A DNA stretch of 64,000 nucleotides. Source: Limnochordaceae bacterium. Lineage in GTDB: Bacteria > Bacillota > Limnochordia > Limnochordales > DUMU01. Position numbers and translations under genes: made by a program. The notes under the pieces were generated by a model. The model saw only the letters and a program-made list of their open reading frames with translations. It did not search any database and was not told the origin of the DNA. The stretch is from NCBI GenBank assembly GCA_014896305.1, contig JADBKQ010000002.1:65670-129669 (forward strand). Direction: 5' to 3'. Position 1 is the first letter of the stretch. Every line of letters begins with the position of its first letter. This document shows, piece after piece, positions 46,916 through 56,278 of this stretch.

Positions 46916-47008
46916 TGGCACTCCCCGGCGATATATGATACCCTCACGGTCCAGATACGGAGACTAAGGCCGAAGAGATTCCCTACTCAAGGGGAGGAAG
47001 ATAGTTCT

Positions 47009-48151
47009 ATGGGAGGTGTACCCCTGTTGGCGGGATTGACCCAAGCAGAGCTTGAGGAGTGGATGGCGTCTTGGCCCAAGCCCCAGCCACGCTATCGCGC
47101 CCGCCAGCTGTTTGAGTGGATACAAGCTCGTTCCGCTCGCTCCTTTGCGGAAATGACCAGTTTGCCGTTGAGCCTGCGGCAGGAATTGGAACAGAAGGCT
47201 CGCGTCCCGGCCTTGACGTTACTGCTGCAACGCCAGGCTGAAGACGGGACTCGGAAGTTCCTTTTCGGGTTGGTGGATGGCGCGCAGATCGAATCCGTCT
47301 TCATTCCTACTCCAGCTCGCAACACGGTCTGCTTGTCGACCCAGGCAGGCTGTGGAATGGGGTGCGGTTTCTGCGCCACGGGCCAGAGTGGTTTACAGCG
47401 GAACCTGGACGCCGCCGAGATCGTCGATCAAGTCCATTGGATCATTCGACAGACCGGCCAGCCTGTCGATAATCTGGTCTACATGGGGATGGGTGAACCG
47501 TTGGCCAACTACGCGCAGACACTGCGGGCGGTTCGCCTCCTCAACGACCCGGACGGGCTGAACATCGGTATGCGGCATCAGACCCTCTCTACGTGCGGAT
47601 TGGTACCGCAGATTCGCCGTTTGGCCCAGGAAAAACTCCAGATCACCCTGGCTGTTTCCTTGCATGCTCCCAATGATGCCTTGCGGGATCGACTCATGCC
47701 TATCAACCAGCGCTACCCCCTGGGCGAGTTGTTGCCCGCCTGCCGGGAGTATGTGGAAGTGACCGGGCGGCGCATAACCTTCGAGTACCTCCTGATCGAC
47801 CAGGTGAACGATACGCGGGAGCATGCGCGGCAGTTGCGGCAGCTGCTGGCCGGGCTTCTCTGCCATGTCAACCTCATCCCGTTCAATCCCGTGCCCGGTC
47901 TTCCTTGGCAGCCTTCCCGCCCTGAACGGCAACGAACGTTCTACGAAGAGCTTCAGCGAGCAAACTTTTCGGTGACCTTGCGGCAGGCGCGGGGCGGGGA
48001 GATTGAGGCAGCATGCGGACAGCTCCGGAGAGAGTACCGGCGTACGCACCCTCCGGCCCGTCCGGTCGAGCTGCAGCCTCTTCTCGCCTCTACGGACCGG
48101 CGTCCTCTGCCGGGCGCAGTTGCATCCAGGAAGACGAACGAGTATTCTTAA
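47009..48151 (+). CDS. rlmN: 23S rRNA/tRNA (adenine-C2)-methyltransferase, radical SAM
   Basis: Radical-SAM cluster motif 'CGMGCGFCATG', 'MGMGEPLAN', and C-terminal 'GGEIEAACGQL'. A GGGGAGGAAG SD lies upstream. Confidence 0.93.
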   Translation: MGGVPLLAGLTQAELEEWMASWPKPQPRYRARQLFEWIQARSARSFAEMTSLPLSLRQELEQKARVPALTLLLQRQAEDGTRKFLFGLVDGAQIESVFIPTPARNTVCLSTQAGCGMGCGFCATGQSGLQRNLDAAEIVDQVHWIIRQTGQPVDNLVYMGMGEPLANYAQTLRAVRLLNDPDGLNIGMRHQTLSTCGLVPQIRRLAQEKLQITLAVSLHAPNDALRDRLMPINQRYPLGELLPACREYVEVTGRRITFEYLLIDQVNDTREHARQLRQLLAGLLCHVNLIPFNPVPGLPWQPSRPERQRTFYEELQRANFSVTLRQARGGEIEAACGQLRREYRRTHPPARPVELQPLLASTDRRPLPGAVASRKTNEYS

Positions 48152-48205
48152 TTGCTGGGCCGGTGGGCTCCGGGGTCAGGTCGGGACGCAGCAAGGGGGC
48201 GAAGC

Positions 48206-48766
48206 ATGCCTGGGTGGGAGTGGGCTTGGCGGATCGGCTGGCTGCTGCTCACCTACCTGTTTCTGACGTGGGTGATTCGCCAAGCGGATCGGTGGACCCG
48301 GTCGGAAGGGAATCACTGGGTACGAGAATATGGTTCCTTCGCCCCAGCGGCCGCACCGGCGGCAGCCACCGAGCGTGAAGAGGGAGCGGCTGCTGCTCCT
48401 TCCGCCGTGCATGTGGGATTGTCTTTTACTGTCGAGGAAGGGAACGTCCTGGTGCATGACACCCAAATGGACGCGGGGCGCACCATCGGTCAGGGGCAGC
48501 CGTTTACCTGCGACCCTGCGGCAGGGAGCCGCTGGCACTGGGGACGGGCGCAGGAGAATGACGTGGTTTTCCTGGATCCATATGTGAGTGCGTGGCATGC
48601 GACGTTGTATGTCCAGGATGGTCATCTCCACATTGAGGACCGTGGCAGCCGCAACGGCACCTGGGTAAACGGACGGGCTTTGAAATCGGCTGAACCTCTT
48701 TCACCCGGGGATGTGATACGGTTGGGCAATACACGGATACGGTGGGCAGGATGGTCCACGTACTAG
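48206..48766 (+). CDS. Membrane-anchored FHA-domain protein (FhaB/FipA-like)
   Basis: An N-terminal TM segment 'WAWRIGWLLLTYLFLTWVI' and a C-terminal FHA domain 'WHWGRAQENDVVFLDPYVSAWHATLYV.DGHLHIEDRGSRNGTWVNG'. ATG 48206 lies 7 nt after AAGGGGG. Confidence 0.85.
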   Translation: MPGWEWAWRIGWLLLTYLFLTWVIRQADRWTRSEGNHWVREYGSFAPAAAPAAATEREEGAAAAPSAVHVGLSFTVEEGNVLVHDTQMDAGRTIGQGQPFTCDPAAGSRWHWGRAQENDVVFLDPYVSAWHATLYVQDGHLHIEDRGSRNGTWVNGRALKSAEPLSPGDVIRLGNTRIRWAGWSTY

Positions 48767-49500
48767 CGGCCGGGCGAACCGAACGCGGCCATGTGCGTCC
48801 CATCAACGAGGACGGCTTTCTGACCCTGCCCCCTGTCTTCGCAGTGGCGGACGGCATGGGTGGGCACCAGGGCGGCGAAATTGCTTCCCGCATTGCCTTG
48901 CAGGTGATGGGAGATTTCGCCCGTCGTGGTCCCTGGAGTGCAGCCGGCCTGGCGGGCGCCGTGGAGCTGGCCAACCAGGAGATCCGGGCCGCTGCCCGCA
49001 AGCCAGAATGGCAGGGGATGGGAACGACCTTGACGGCAGCCCTATGGGACGGGACCGCGCTGCACCTGGTTCACGTGGGAGATAGCCGGGCCTACCTCTT
49101 ACGGGAAGGACAGCCGTTGTTGCAGTTGACCCAGGATCACTCCATCGCGGGGGAGCTGCTAACCAGCGGGCTCATCGATTCCGAGACGGCTCGTCACCAT
49201 CCGCAACGGCATATCCTTACGCGAGCGTTAGGGGTATTCGAGAAGGCAGCGGCCGACCAGGTGTCACTGACGCCGTCGGCGGGGGACATAGTCCTGTTGT
49301 GCACCGATGGCCTGACCGGAGTCCTTGCCCCGTCCGAGGTGGAGCTTGCCTTACGCCGGCCGGGTTCGCTGGAGCATAAGGTGAAACGCCTGGTTCGTTG
49401 GGCCAATGCGCGCGGGGGGCCGGACAACATTACGGCTCTTGCCTTAACTTGGGTGTCCGGGAACCAGCTGGAGACAGGGGAGGGGGAAGCGCGGTCGTGA
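48751..49500 (+). CDS. prpC: PP2C-family Ser/Thr protein phosphatase
   Basis: Motifs 'RPINEDGF', 'FAVADGMGGHQGGEIAS' and 'GGPDNITAL'. It overlaps the FHA gene by 16 nt. Confidence 0.9.
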   Translation: MVHVLAAGRTERGHVRPINEDGFLTLPPVFAVADGMGGHQGGEIASRIALQVMGDFARRGPWSAAGLAGAVELANQEIRAAARKPEWQGMGTTLTAALWDGTALHLVHVGDSRAYLLREGQPLLQLTQDHSIAGELLTSGLIDSETARHHPQRHILTRALGVFEKAAADQVSLTPSAGDIVLLCTDGLTGVLAPSEVELALRRPGSLEHKVKRLVRWANARGGPDNITALALTWVSGNQLETGEGEARS

Positions 49501-52349
49501 GCCAGACCCATCGTGCGCCCCGGAGCGGACGACAATTCGCGTTGCTGGTCGTAGCGCTCTTGCCCGCCACCCTGGGCGCAGTCGAGCTGGGCCGCCAGCT
49601 GGTCTACGCCGAACAACTACAGCTGCTGGTGGGTGCAGCCTGCTACTGGGGACTCTTTCTGGCTGCCTTCGGGCTCTCCCGTTTCCGTGGCCGAGCCGGC
49701 GGCCTGCCAGACCCTGTCATTTTGCCCTTGATCGCCTTTTTGAGTGGCGCCGGTCTGGTCGAGCTATACCGCCTTACACCCGAGCTGGCTCAACGCCAAC
49801 TCGGGTGGCTCGCTTTGAGCCTTGCCGCCTGGGTATTGCTGGGCGCCTGGGTCGGCTGGGGAGGGCTGCGCCGGGTCTGGCCCTTGTGGGGGATGCTGGC
49901 CGCGGCTCTTTCCTGGGCCACCTGTCTGGTTGGCACCACCGTGGGCGGAGCGCGCGCCTGGCTGACCGTCGGCGGCTGGCAATTTCAGCCGGTGGAGCTG
50001 AGCAAACTCCTGCTGATCTTCTTTGTTGCCGGTTTTCTGCAATCCCGGGCCGCCTGGAGAACGGCTGGAAACCGTCTTCTGGCCTGGCTGCTGTTTGGGG
50101 TGGTGTGGGGGGCAACCGTGGGGGCGGTCGTCCTCCAACATGACCTGGGGGGAGCACTCCTCCTGGTCGGCTGCAGCCTGGTATTGCTGGTGAGTGAGCG
50201 ACAAAGCCGTCCCCTGTTGCTGCCCGTTTTATTGTTGGGAATCCTGGTGGCGGTGACCGCCTACTTTCGCCTGCCGTATGTCCGTGCTCGGCTGGACGCC
50301 TGGCTCTTTCCCTTTGCTGATCCCCATGGGATCGGCTACCAGGCGGTGCAGGCGCTCTATGCGCTGGGCAGCGGCGGCTTGTTCGGAGCCGGCCTGGGCC
50401 AAGGGCTTCCCTCCCGTATTCCGGTTGCGGGGTCTGATTACCTTCTGGCGGCCTGGGGGGAAGAGGTTGGCTTTTTGGGAATCGTCCCGGTCCTTTTGGC
50501 CCTTTTTCTGCTGGCTTCCCGCGCCGTGGCAACGGGTCGCCGGTGTGCGTCTTCCCCGTCTGATGAGAGTGCGTTCATGGGGCTCGTCCTGGCGGGAATG
50601 GGCGCTTTGTGGGCGTTACAAGGCTTTCTCATTGCGGGGGGAATTGCCCGGGTAGTGCCGGTGACAGGCGTCCCCTTCCCGTGGATGAGTTACGGTGGCA
50701 GTTCCCTGGTTATGAACGGGGTGGCAGCCGGGCTTCTGGCTGCTGCCAGCCGCCGCCCGCTGCCAGCGACACCGCTCCGCAGGGTGAGTTCCGACCTCTC
50801 CCCAGCCCTGGAGGAGCAAGCGGCTACCTCGGGAACAGTCTCTGACCCTCACAGGATGGTCCCCAGCGAGCGGTTCTTCCGCTGGTTGGGACGGGCCGTG
50901 TCTACTGGCTTTGTGATCCTGGTCGGAGCCTTCTCTTACTGGCAGGTGGTGCAGGGCGATAACCTCGCCCGCTCCCCCCAGAACCCGCGGGTGTTGATGC
51001 GAGCCCTCGGGGTCGCCCGGGGCGGAATCTATGACCGCCACGATCGGGCCTTGGCTGATCCCATCGATCCTTCCGGCTCGACCACCACCGGCCGGCATAC
51101 CTACCAGTTCCAGACGCGGCGCTATCATGTGGATCCCAGTTTCGGGCCGGTCATCGGCTATCTGGACCCACAGGTGGGAGTCGCCGGATTGGAGGCCGCA
51201 TGGTCCGACTGGTTGACCCGGGCTGGTACGGGCCCAGCCCAATGGCTTGATCTGGCCATGGGTCGCACCCGTACCAGTGGTCCAGGGAATCTTTACTTGA
51301 CGATCGACGCCACCCTTCAGTCTCTGGCCGGTCGTTTGCTCCGTGGCAAGGCAGGGGCGGCTGTAGTCATGGATGTTCAGACCGGGGAGCTCCTCGCCCT
51401 GGCCAGCTCCCCCGGTTTCGATCCCCAGACTGTGGCAGCACACTGGCAAGAGTTGCTCGATGAGAAGGACCACCCGCTGTTTTCCCGTTCCGTGCAGGGA
51501 CAATACGCGCCGGGCTCGGTCTGGAAACCGCTGGTTTTGGCCGCTGCTTTGCAGAGCGGGAAGGTGGAGACGACGGCCACTTTCATGGATACAGGCAGCG
51601 TGACGATCGATGGAAATGTGATCCGGAATGCCGGTGGGGAGGCCTTCGGCCAATTAGACCTGAAACATGCTTTGGCGGTCTCATCCAATGTTGTCTTTGC
51701 ACAGCTCGGTGCCTCGCTTTCTCCGCAGGATTGGCAGCAATACCTTGAACCCTTGGTCGAGTGGAGAGTCGTTACCCCTGACCGGCGCTCGTTGCCGGTG
51801 ACGGCAGGAGCTTTTCCCGCCGGCGATCAGTTATCCCCCGTGGCGCGGGCTGAGATGGGCATCGGGCAAGGACCCCTGGGACTCAGCCCTGTTGCCCTAG
51901 CTGTAGGAATCGGAGCGTTGGCGAACAAGGGGATAGCGGTCACGCCCCGCTTGGTTCAAGAGGGAGTGGGGCCTTCCGGTGAGGCGCTCCCCCTTCCGGA
52001 GCCGCGAGAGGTCCGTCTTTTCTCGCCCGAGGTGGCCGGCTTCGTCGTGCAAGCGATGGAGGAGGTCGTCAGTGGGGGGACAGGCCGCCTGGCGGCCCTG
52101 CCCGGCGTGACCGTAGCGGGCAAGACGGGGACGGCCCAGACTCCCGGCGGGCGAGAGGATGCCTGGTTTGCCGGGTTTGCCCCGGCTCACGACGCCCGGG
52201 TGGTGGTAGTGGTTGTCATCGAGGGGGGCGGCGCAGGGGGGCGCGCGGCTGCACCCATCGCCCGGCAATTGCTGGCCGCCGCCTTATCCGTAGTGGGGCC
52301 CAGTGCGGATCGGGCCGCTGGTTCTGGTGCGATGGCAGGTAGGAGGTGA
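49497..52349 (+). CDS. Fusion protein: SEDS (FtsW/RodA/SpoVE) glycosyltransferase plus class B penicillin-binding protein transpeptidase
   Basis: One uninterrupted ORF. The SEDS motifs are 'WQFQPVELSKLLL', 'GIGYQAVQALYALGSGGLFGAGLGQG', 'GSDYLLAAWGEEVGFLG' and 'PWMSYGGSS'. A linker and a TM segment 'AVSTGFVILVGAFSYW' follow. The PBP motifs are 'SVWK' (SxxK), 'SSN' and 'KTGT'. There is a GTGA overlap with prpC after a GGGGAGGGGGAAG SD. Confidence 0.9.
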   Translation: MSQTHRAPRSGRQFALLVVALLPATLGAVELGRQLVYAEQLQLLVGAACYWGLFLAAFGLSRFRGRAGGLPDPVILPLIAFLSGAGLVELYRLTPELAQRQLGWLALSLAAWVLLGAWVGWGGLRRVWPLWGMLAAALSWATCLVGTTVGGARAWLTVGGWQFQPVELSKLLLIFFVAGFLQSRAAWRTAGNRLLAWLLFGVVWGATVGAVVLQHDLGGALLLVGCSLVLLVSERQSRPLLLPVLLLGILVAVTAYFRLPYVRARLDAWLFPFADPHGIGYQAVQALYALGSGGLFGAGLGQGLPSRIPVAGSDYLLAAWGEEVGFLGIVPVLLALFLLASRAVATGRRCASSPSDESAFMGLVLAGMGALWALQGFLIAGGIARVVPVTGVPFPWMSYGGSSLVMNGVAAGLLAAASRRPLPATPLRRVSSDLSPALEEQAATSGTVSDPHRMVPSERFFRWLGRAVSTGFVILVGAFSYWQVVQGDNLARSPQNPRVLMRALGVARGGIYDRHDRALADPIDPSGSTTTGRHTYQFQTRRYHVDPSFGPVIGYLDPQVGVAGLEAAWSDWLTRAGTGPAQWLDLAMGRTRTSGPGNLYLTIDATLQSLAGRLLRGKAGAAVVMDVQTGELLALASSPGFDPQTVAAHWQELLDEKDHPLFSRSVQGQYAPGSVWKPLVLAAALQSGKVETTATFMDTGSVTIDGNVIRNAGGEAFGQLDLKHALAVSSNVVFAQLGASLSPQDWQQYLEPLVEWRVVTPDRRSLPVTAGAFPAGDQLSPVARAEMGIGQGPLGLSPVALAVGIGALANKGIAVTPRLVQEGVGPSGEALPLPEPREVRLFSPEVAGFVVQAMEEVVSGGTGRLAALPGVTVAGKTGTAQTPGGREDAWFAGFAPAHDARVVVVVVIEGGGAGGRAAAPIARQLLAAALSVVGPSADRAAGSGAMAGRR

Positions 52350-52354
52350 TGGCG

Positions 52355-54427
52355 ATGTACGAAGGGAAGCTGTTGGCCAACCGGTACGAGCTGGTAGAGA
52401 AGGCGGGAGAAGGGGGCATGGCCGAGGTCTACCGTGCCCGGGACCGGCGTTTGGGGCGGACAGTAGCCGTCAAGATCTTGCGCCCTCAGTATGCCGGTGA
52501 TGCCGACTTTGTCCGCCGCTTCCAGCGAGAAGCTCAGTCGGCGGCCAGCTTGAGCCATCCCAATGTGGTCAACGTATACGACATTGGGTCGGAAGGCGAC
52601 CTGTACTACATCGTCATGGAGTTTGTGGAAGGTGTCACGCTGAAGGAGCTGATTCGCCGTTACGCTCCCTTCCCGCCCAGCACCGCCGCTCTGGTGGCCG
52701 ACCAGGTCGCCGCTGCCCTGGAGGCCGCCCACCAGCGGGGATTGGTTCACCGGGATATCAAGCCCCACAATATACTGATTACCCGCGGTGGCGTGGTAAA
52801 GGTCACCGACTTTGGCATTGCCCGGGCGGCCGCCGCTGTCACCATGACGCAGACCGGGATCGTGCTCGGCTCCGTGCACTACTTCTCTCCTGAACAAGCC
52901 CGGGGCGAGCCGGCCGGCGTTGCCTCGGACATTTACTCTCTTGGGGTTGTTCTATACGAGATGCTTACGGGACGCTTGCCGTTCACCGGGGAAAACCCGG
53001 TGGGAGTGGCCCTGCAGCATCTGCAAAGCGCTCCACCACCGTTGCGGGAGTGGAACCCGAAGGTGCCCCGCCGCCTGGAACAGGTGGTGTTGCGCTGCCT
53101 GGCAAAGGATCTGCATGAGCGGTACAGCTCGGTGTCCCAACTCCGGCAGGAACTGCAGCCGTGGGTGGAGACCGCCCACCCGTTGACCGAGTTGCTGGCG
53201 GGCTGGCGGTCGAATGCTGCCGCGTCTTCTGTTGCCGCCACCCCCCCGGCGGACGAGGCGGGGGGCGAGCAAGAATGGGCGAAGACACGGCGGGCGAATG
53301 CTGCGTCGTTGAGTAGTCATCTGCCGGGATCTGCACCTGTCGAGGAACGTTTATCCGCAGCCGCCTCGGCTACGGGCGGGGGCGGCGAAGGAACGGGGGA
53401 GCTGCCCGCTATGGGATTGGCTGCGGTTCAGCCGGATGATCCTGCCAATGCGGCGCAACCTGAAGAGGGCGATGAGGACGGGGATCCCACGCTGGAGCAA
53501 CCCGCTGTGCGTCCCAGCCGCCGGCGGCTGCTCTGGTGGCTGACCTTGCCGGCTTTGCTTGTGGTGCTGGTGGTGGTTTTGCAAAAGTTGCCCGCCTGGT
53601 GGACTCCACCCGAGGTGCGAGTTCCTAATGTGGTGGGGCTGACCCAGGCCGAGGCAGAGCGGGTCCTGCGCGACCAGGATCTCCACCTGCAGATCGATGC
53701 GGAGGTCTATTCGGAAGACAAGCCCGCGGGCACCGTCATTTCTCAGGATCCGGTAGCGGATACGCGGGTGCGGGCGAAGCGCCCTGTGCATGTCACATTG
53801 AGCAAGGGTCCGGAGCTGGTTCTGGTGCCGGATGTCGTGGGGTATACCTTGCGGCAGGCACAGGCAGCGCTGCAAGACCAGGGCCTGGTGGCCTCTGAGC
53901 CAGCCTATACCTTCAGCGTTCGGATCCCCGAGGGACAGGTGGTGGAGCAAAGCCCTGCCGCCAGCACTTACTTGAAGCGGGGCGGCCAGGTGAAACTGGT
54001 CGTCAGTCAGGGTCCGCCGCCACCGGCTCAGGTGAGCGTGCCGGATTTGCGGGACAGCACCGTGGATCAGGCTCGTACAACGCTGGAGAGTCTGGGCCTG
54101 CACGTGGGGAACATCTGGTCCGACTTCCGACCGGATAAGCCCGATCAGGTGGTAGTCGATCAGAGCCCGGCCCCGGGCAGTACCGCTCAGCAGGGGCAGG
54201 CGGTAGACCTGCTGGTCAACCAGCTGGGCGCTGGGAGCTCAGCCCCGGCGGCGCCGGGCGGCACGTTCCCGCCATCTTCCGATTCAACCCCCAGCACGCC
54301 GGGGGACAGTACAGGGAGTACGAACTCCAACTCGACCGAGCAGAGCGGGCAGACAGGGGGATTCTGGACCTCCCTGCCCGGGCTTTTTGGGGGAGCCCAG
54401 GCTGGGGGGGACAGCCTGCATGGGTGA
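52355..54427 (+). CDS. prkC: Ser/Thr protein kinase with three PASTA domains (PrkC/PknB)
   Basis: Kinase motifs 'GEGGMAEVYRA', 'VAVKIL', 'HRDIKPHNILI' and 'DFGIAR', a TM segment 'LWWLTLPALLVVLVVVL', and three 'VPNVVGLT/VPDVVGYT/VPDLRDST' PASTA repeats. ATG 52355 lies 8 nt after AGGAGG. Confidence 0.92.
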   Translation: MYEGKLLANRYELVEKAGEGGMAEVYRARDRRLGRTVAVKILRPQYAGDADFVRRFQREAQSAASLSHPNVVNVYDIGSEGDLYYIVMEFVEGVTLKELIRRYAPFPPSTAALVADQVAAALEAAHQRGLVHRDIKPHNILITRGGVVKVTDFGIARAAAAVTMTQTGIVLGSVHYFSPEQARGEPAGVASDIYSLGVVLYEMLTGRLPFTGENPVGVALQHLQSAPPPLREWNPKVPRRLEQVVLRCLAKDLHERYSSVSQLRQELQPWVETAHPLTELLAGWRSNAAASSVAATPPADEAGGEQEWAKTRRANAASLSSHLPGSAPVEERLSAAASATGGGGEGTGELPAMGLAAVQPDDPANAAQPEEGDEDGDPTLEQPAVRPSRRRLLWWLTLPALLVVLVVVLQKLPAWWTPPEVRVPNVVGLTQAEAERVLRDQDLHLQIDAEVYSEDKPAGTVISQDPVADTRVRAKRPVHVTLSKGPELVLVPDVVGYTLRQAQAALQDQGLVASEPAYTFSVRIPEGQVVEQSPAASTYLKRGGQVKLVVSQGPPPPAQVSVPDLRDSTVDQARTTLESLGLHVGNIWSDFRPDKPDQVVVDQSPAPGSTAQQGQAVDLLVNQLGAGSSAPAAPGGTFPPSSDSTPSTPGDSTGSTNSNSTEQSGQTGGFWTSLPGLFGGAQAGGDSLHG

Positions 54428-55466
54428 AGCGTTCCCTCGTCCGGCACTGGTCTTACGCTGTCTGGGAGGGTTTGCCTATATTCAGCTGGAAGATGGGCGG
54501 CGGGCGGTGGCCCGGCCCCTGGGCCGGCTGCGGCGACAGGGGCGGCTTGTCGTTGGGGATCGAGTGCAGGTCATCCCGGTAACGATGCAGGGAAGAGATG
54601 AGCAGGGGCAGAGCGGAGGGACGGAAGAGGCTATCGCTGGCTTGCCGCCCGCGTCTACTGCCCATGCCTGGCCCGGGGAAGCGCCAGACTGGAGCCGGGT
54701 GGAGTACGCCATCTGCGAGGTGGAGCCCCGGCAGCACCAACTAGAACGTCCCCTGGTGGCCAACATTGATCAGGTGTTGCTGGTCCACCCTCTGCCGCTG
54801 GACGAGGCGGGGGCGAAATGGATCGATCGGCTGACCGTCATCGCCCAGCAACGGGAGGTCAGGCCGGTCATCACATTGAGCAAAGCGGACCTGGCTACCC
54901 CGGCCGAGACCAGCCGCTGGGCCAAGCTATACGCCGAGGCGGGTTTTCCGGTGGCGGTGACCAGCGTCAGGAGCGGTCAAGGCGCCGCTGAGTTATACCA
55001 ATTGTTGAAGGGACACATCACTGCGCTGGCGGGTCCGTCCGGCGCCGGCAAAACATCCCTGGTGAACTGGCTCATCCCGGGCCTGCACTTGCCCACGGGG
55101 GAACTCAGCCGTCGCACTGGCCGGGGACGTCAGACGACCCGGGAGGCACAACTTCTACCTCTGCCGGGCGGCTCCGGCTGGATAGCGGATACTCCGGGCT
55201 TCGGAGCCTTACCTGTCCCAATCATCGATCCGTACGAGCTGGCCCGATACTTTCCAGAGTTCGGGGCGGCTGGCTCGTGTCCGTATCCGGGTTGCCTGCA
55301 CGTGCGGGAGCCGGCCTGCACCGTGCGGGCGGCCGTCGCCTCCGGCCGGGTAGCCTCCGTGCGTTATCAGCACTATCTGGAGCTTCTGGGCCAGGCCCAG
55401 GAGCGTTGGGCCCACCGGTTTACCCATCCACGCAGCAGCCGGAACAAGGAGGATGGAGATGCCTGA
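54420..55466 (+). CDS. rsgA: Ribosome small-subunit-dependent GTPase A
   Basis: Circularly permuted GTPase motifs 'VANIDQVLLV', 'LSKADL', 'LAGPSGAGKTSLVN' and 'IADTPGF', plus the zinc motif 'C.YPGCLHVREPAC'. The ATG overlaps the prkC stop. Confidence 0.9.
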   Translation: MGEAFPRPALVLRCLGGFAYIQLEDGRRAVARPLGRLRRQGRLVVGDRVQVIPVTMQGRDEQGQSGGTEEAIAGLPPASTAHAWPGEAPDWSRVEYAICEVEPRQHQLERPLVANIDQVLLVHPLPLDEAGAKWIDRLTVIAQQREVRPVITLSKADLATPAETSRWAKLYAEAGFPVAVTSVRSGQGAAELYQLLKGHITALAGPSGAGKTSLVNWLIPGLHLPTGELSRRTGRGRQTTREAQLLPLPGGSGWIADTPGFGALPVPIIDPYELARYFPEFGAAGSCPYPGCLHVREPACTVRAAVASGRVASVRYQHYLELLGQAQERWAHRFTHPRSSRNKEDGDA

Positions 55467-56163
55467 CAGCCATCGCCCGATTCAGATCGCGCCGTCGTTG
55501 CTGGCGGCCGATTTTGCGCATCTTGCAGAGGAGATCCAGCAGGTGGAGCAGGCGGGCGCCGACCGGTTTCATCTGGACGTGATGGATGGCCAGTTCGTCC
55601 CGAATCTCTCGATTGGGATTCCGGTGGTGGAGGCCGTCCGCAGGGTTACCAAGATGCCGCTGGAGGTTCACCTTATGATCGTGGAGCCGGAACGCTACGT
55701 CGAAGCGTTCCGGCAGGCAGGAGCCGATTGGTTGTTGGTCCACGCTGAGGCGGGGCCGCACCTGCACCGGCTCCTGCAAACCATTCATCAGTCTGGGGCG
55801 AAGGCCGGTGTGGTTCTCAACCCGGCCACCCCCCTCGAGCAGTTGGACTATGTGCTGGAGCGGGTCGACCAGGTGCTGCTCATGACCGTGAACCCCGGAT
55901 TCGGCGGGCAAGCGTTCTTGCCGGAAGTACTGCCCAAAATCCGCCGGTTGTCCCAAGAACTTCAGCGACGCGGGGTTTCCGTGGATATCGAGGTGGACGG
56001 GGGGATCGACCGCCGTACGGCGCCGCAGGTCGTCTCGGCTGGCGCCAACGTGCTCGTGGCCGGATCGTCCATCTTTGGGCAGCCGGATCCGGGGCAGGCG
56101 TTACAGGAGTTGCGAGCTCTGGCCCGGGGAGCTGCGCTGGGCCATCCCTTCCGTGTGGACTGA
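55459..56163 (+). CDS. rpe: Ribulose-phosphate 3-epimerase
   Basis: Motifs 'IAPSLLAADFAHL', 'HLDVMDGQFVPN', 'MTVNPGFGGQ' and 'VDGGI'. ATG 55459 lies 6 nt after AAGGAGG. Confidence 0.93.
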   Translation: MPDSHRPIQIAPSLLAADFAHLAEEIQQVEQAGADRFHLDVMDGQFVPNLSIGIPVVEAVRRVTKMPLEVHLMIVEPERYVEAFRQAGADWLLVHAEAGPHLHRLLQTIHQSGAKAGVVLNPATPLEQLDYVLERVDQVLLMTVNPGFGGQAFLPEVLPKIRRLSQELQRRGVSVDIEVDGGIDRRTAPQVVSAGANVLVAGSSIFGQPDPGQALQELRALARGAALGHPFRVD

Positions 56164-56199
56164 AAACTTCAGGGTTCGTTATAATTCGATATCCATCGA

Positions 56200-56228
56200 C
56201 TGGACGCAGCAGCAAAATCTGTTACAAT
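56200..56228 (+). promoter_or_regulatory. Candidate promoter with an extended -10 (TGT-TACAAT)
   Basis: TACAAT is at 56223-56228, preceded by TGT at 56220-56222. A -35-like TGGACG lies about 16 nt upstream. A second TATAAT is at 56180-56185. The segment is locally AT-rich, right after the rpe stop. Confidence 0.4.
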
Positions 56229-56278
56229 GGCAGCAGATTCCACCGGATGGGTCAAGCGGCATCGGAGGGAGGGATTGG

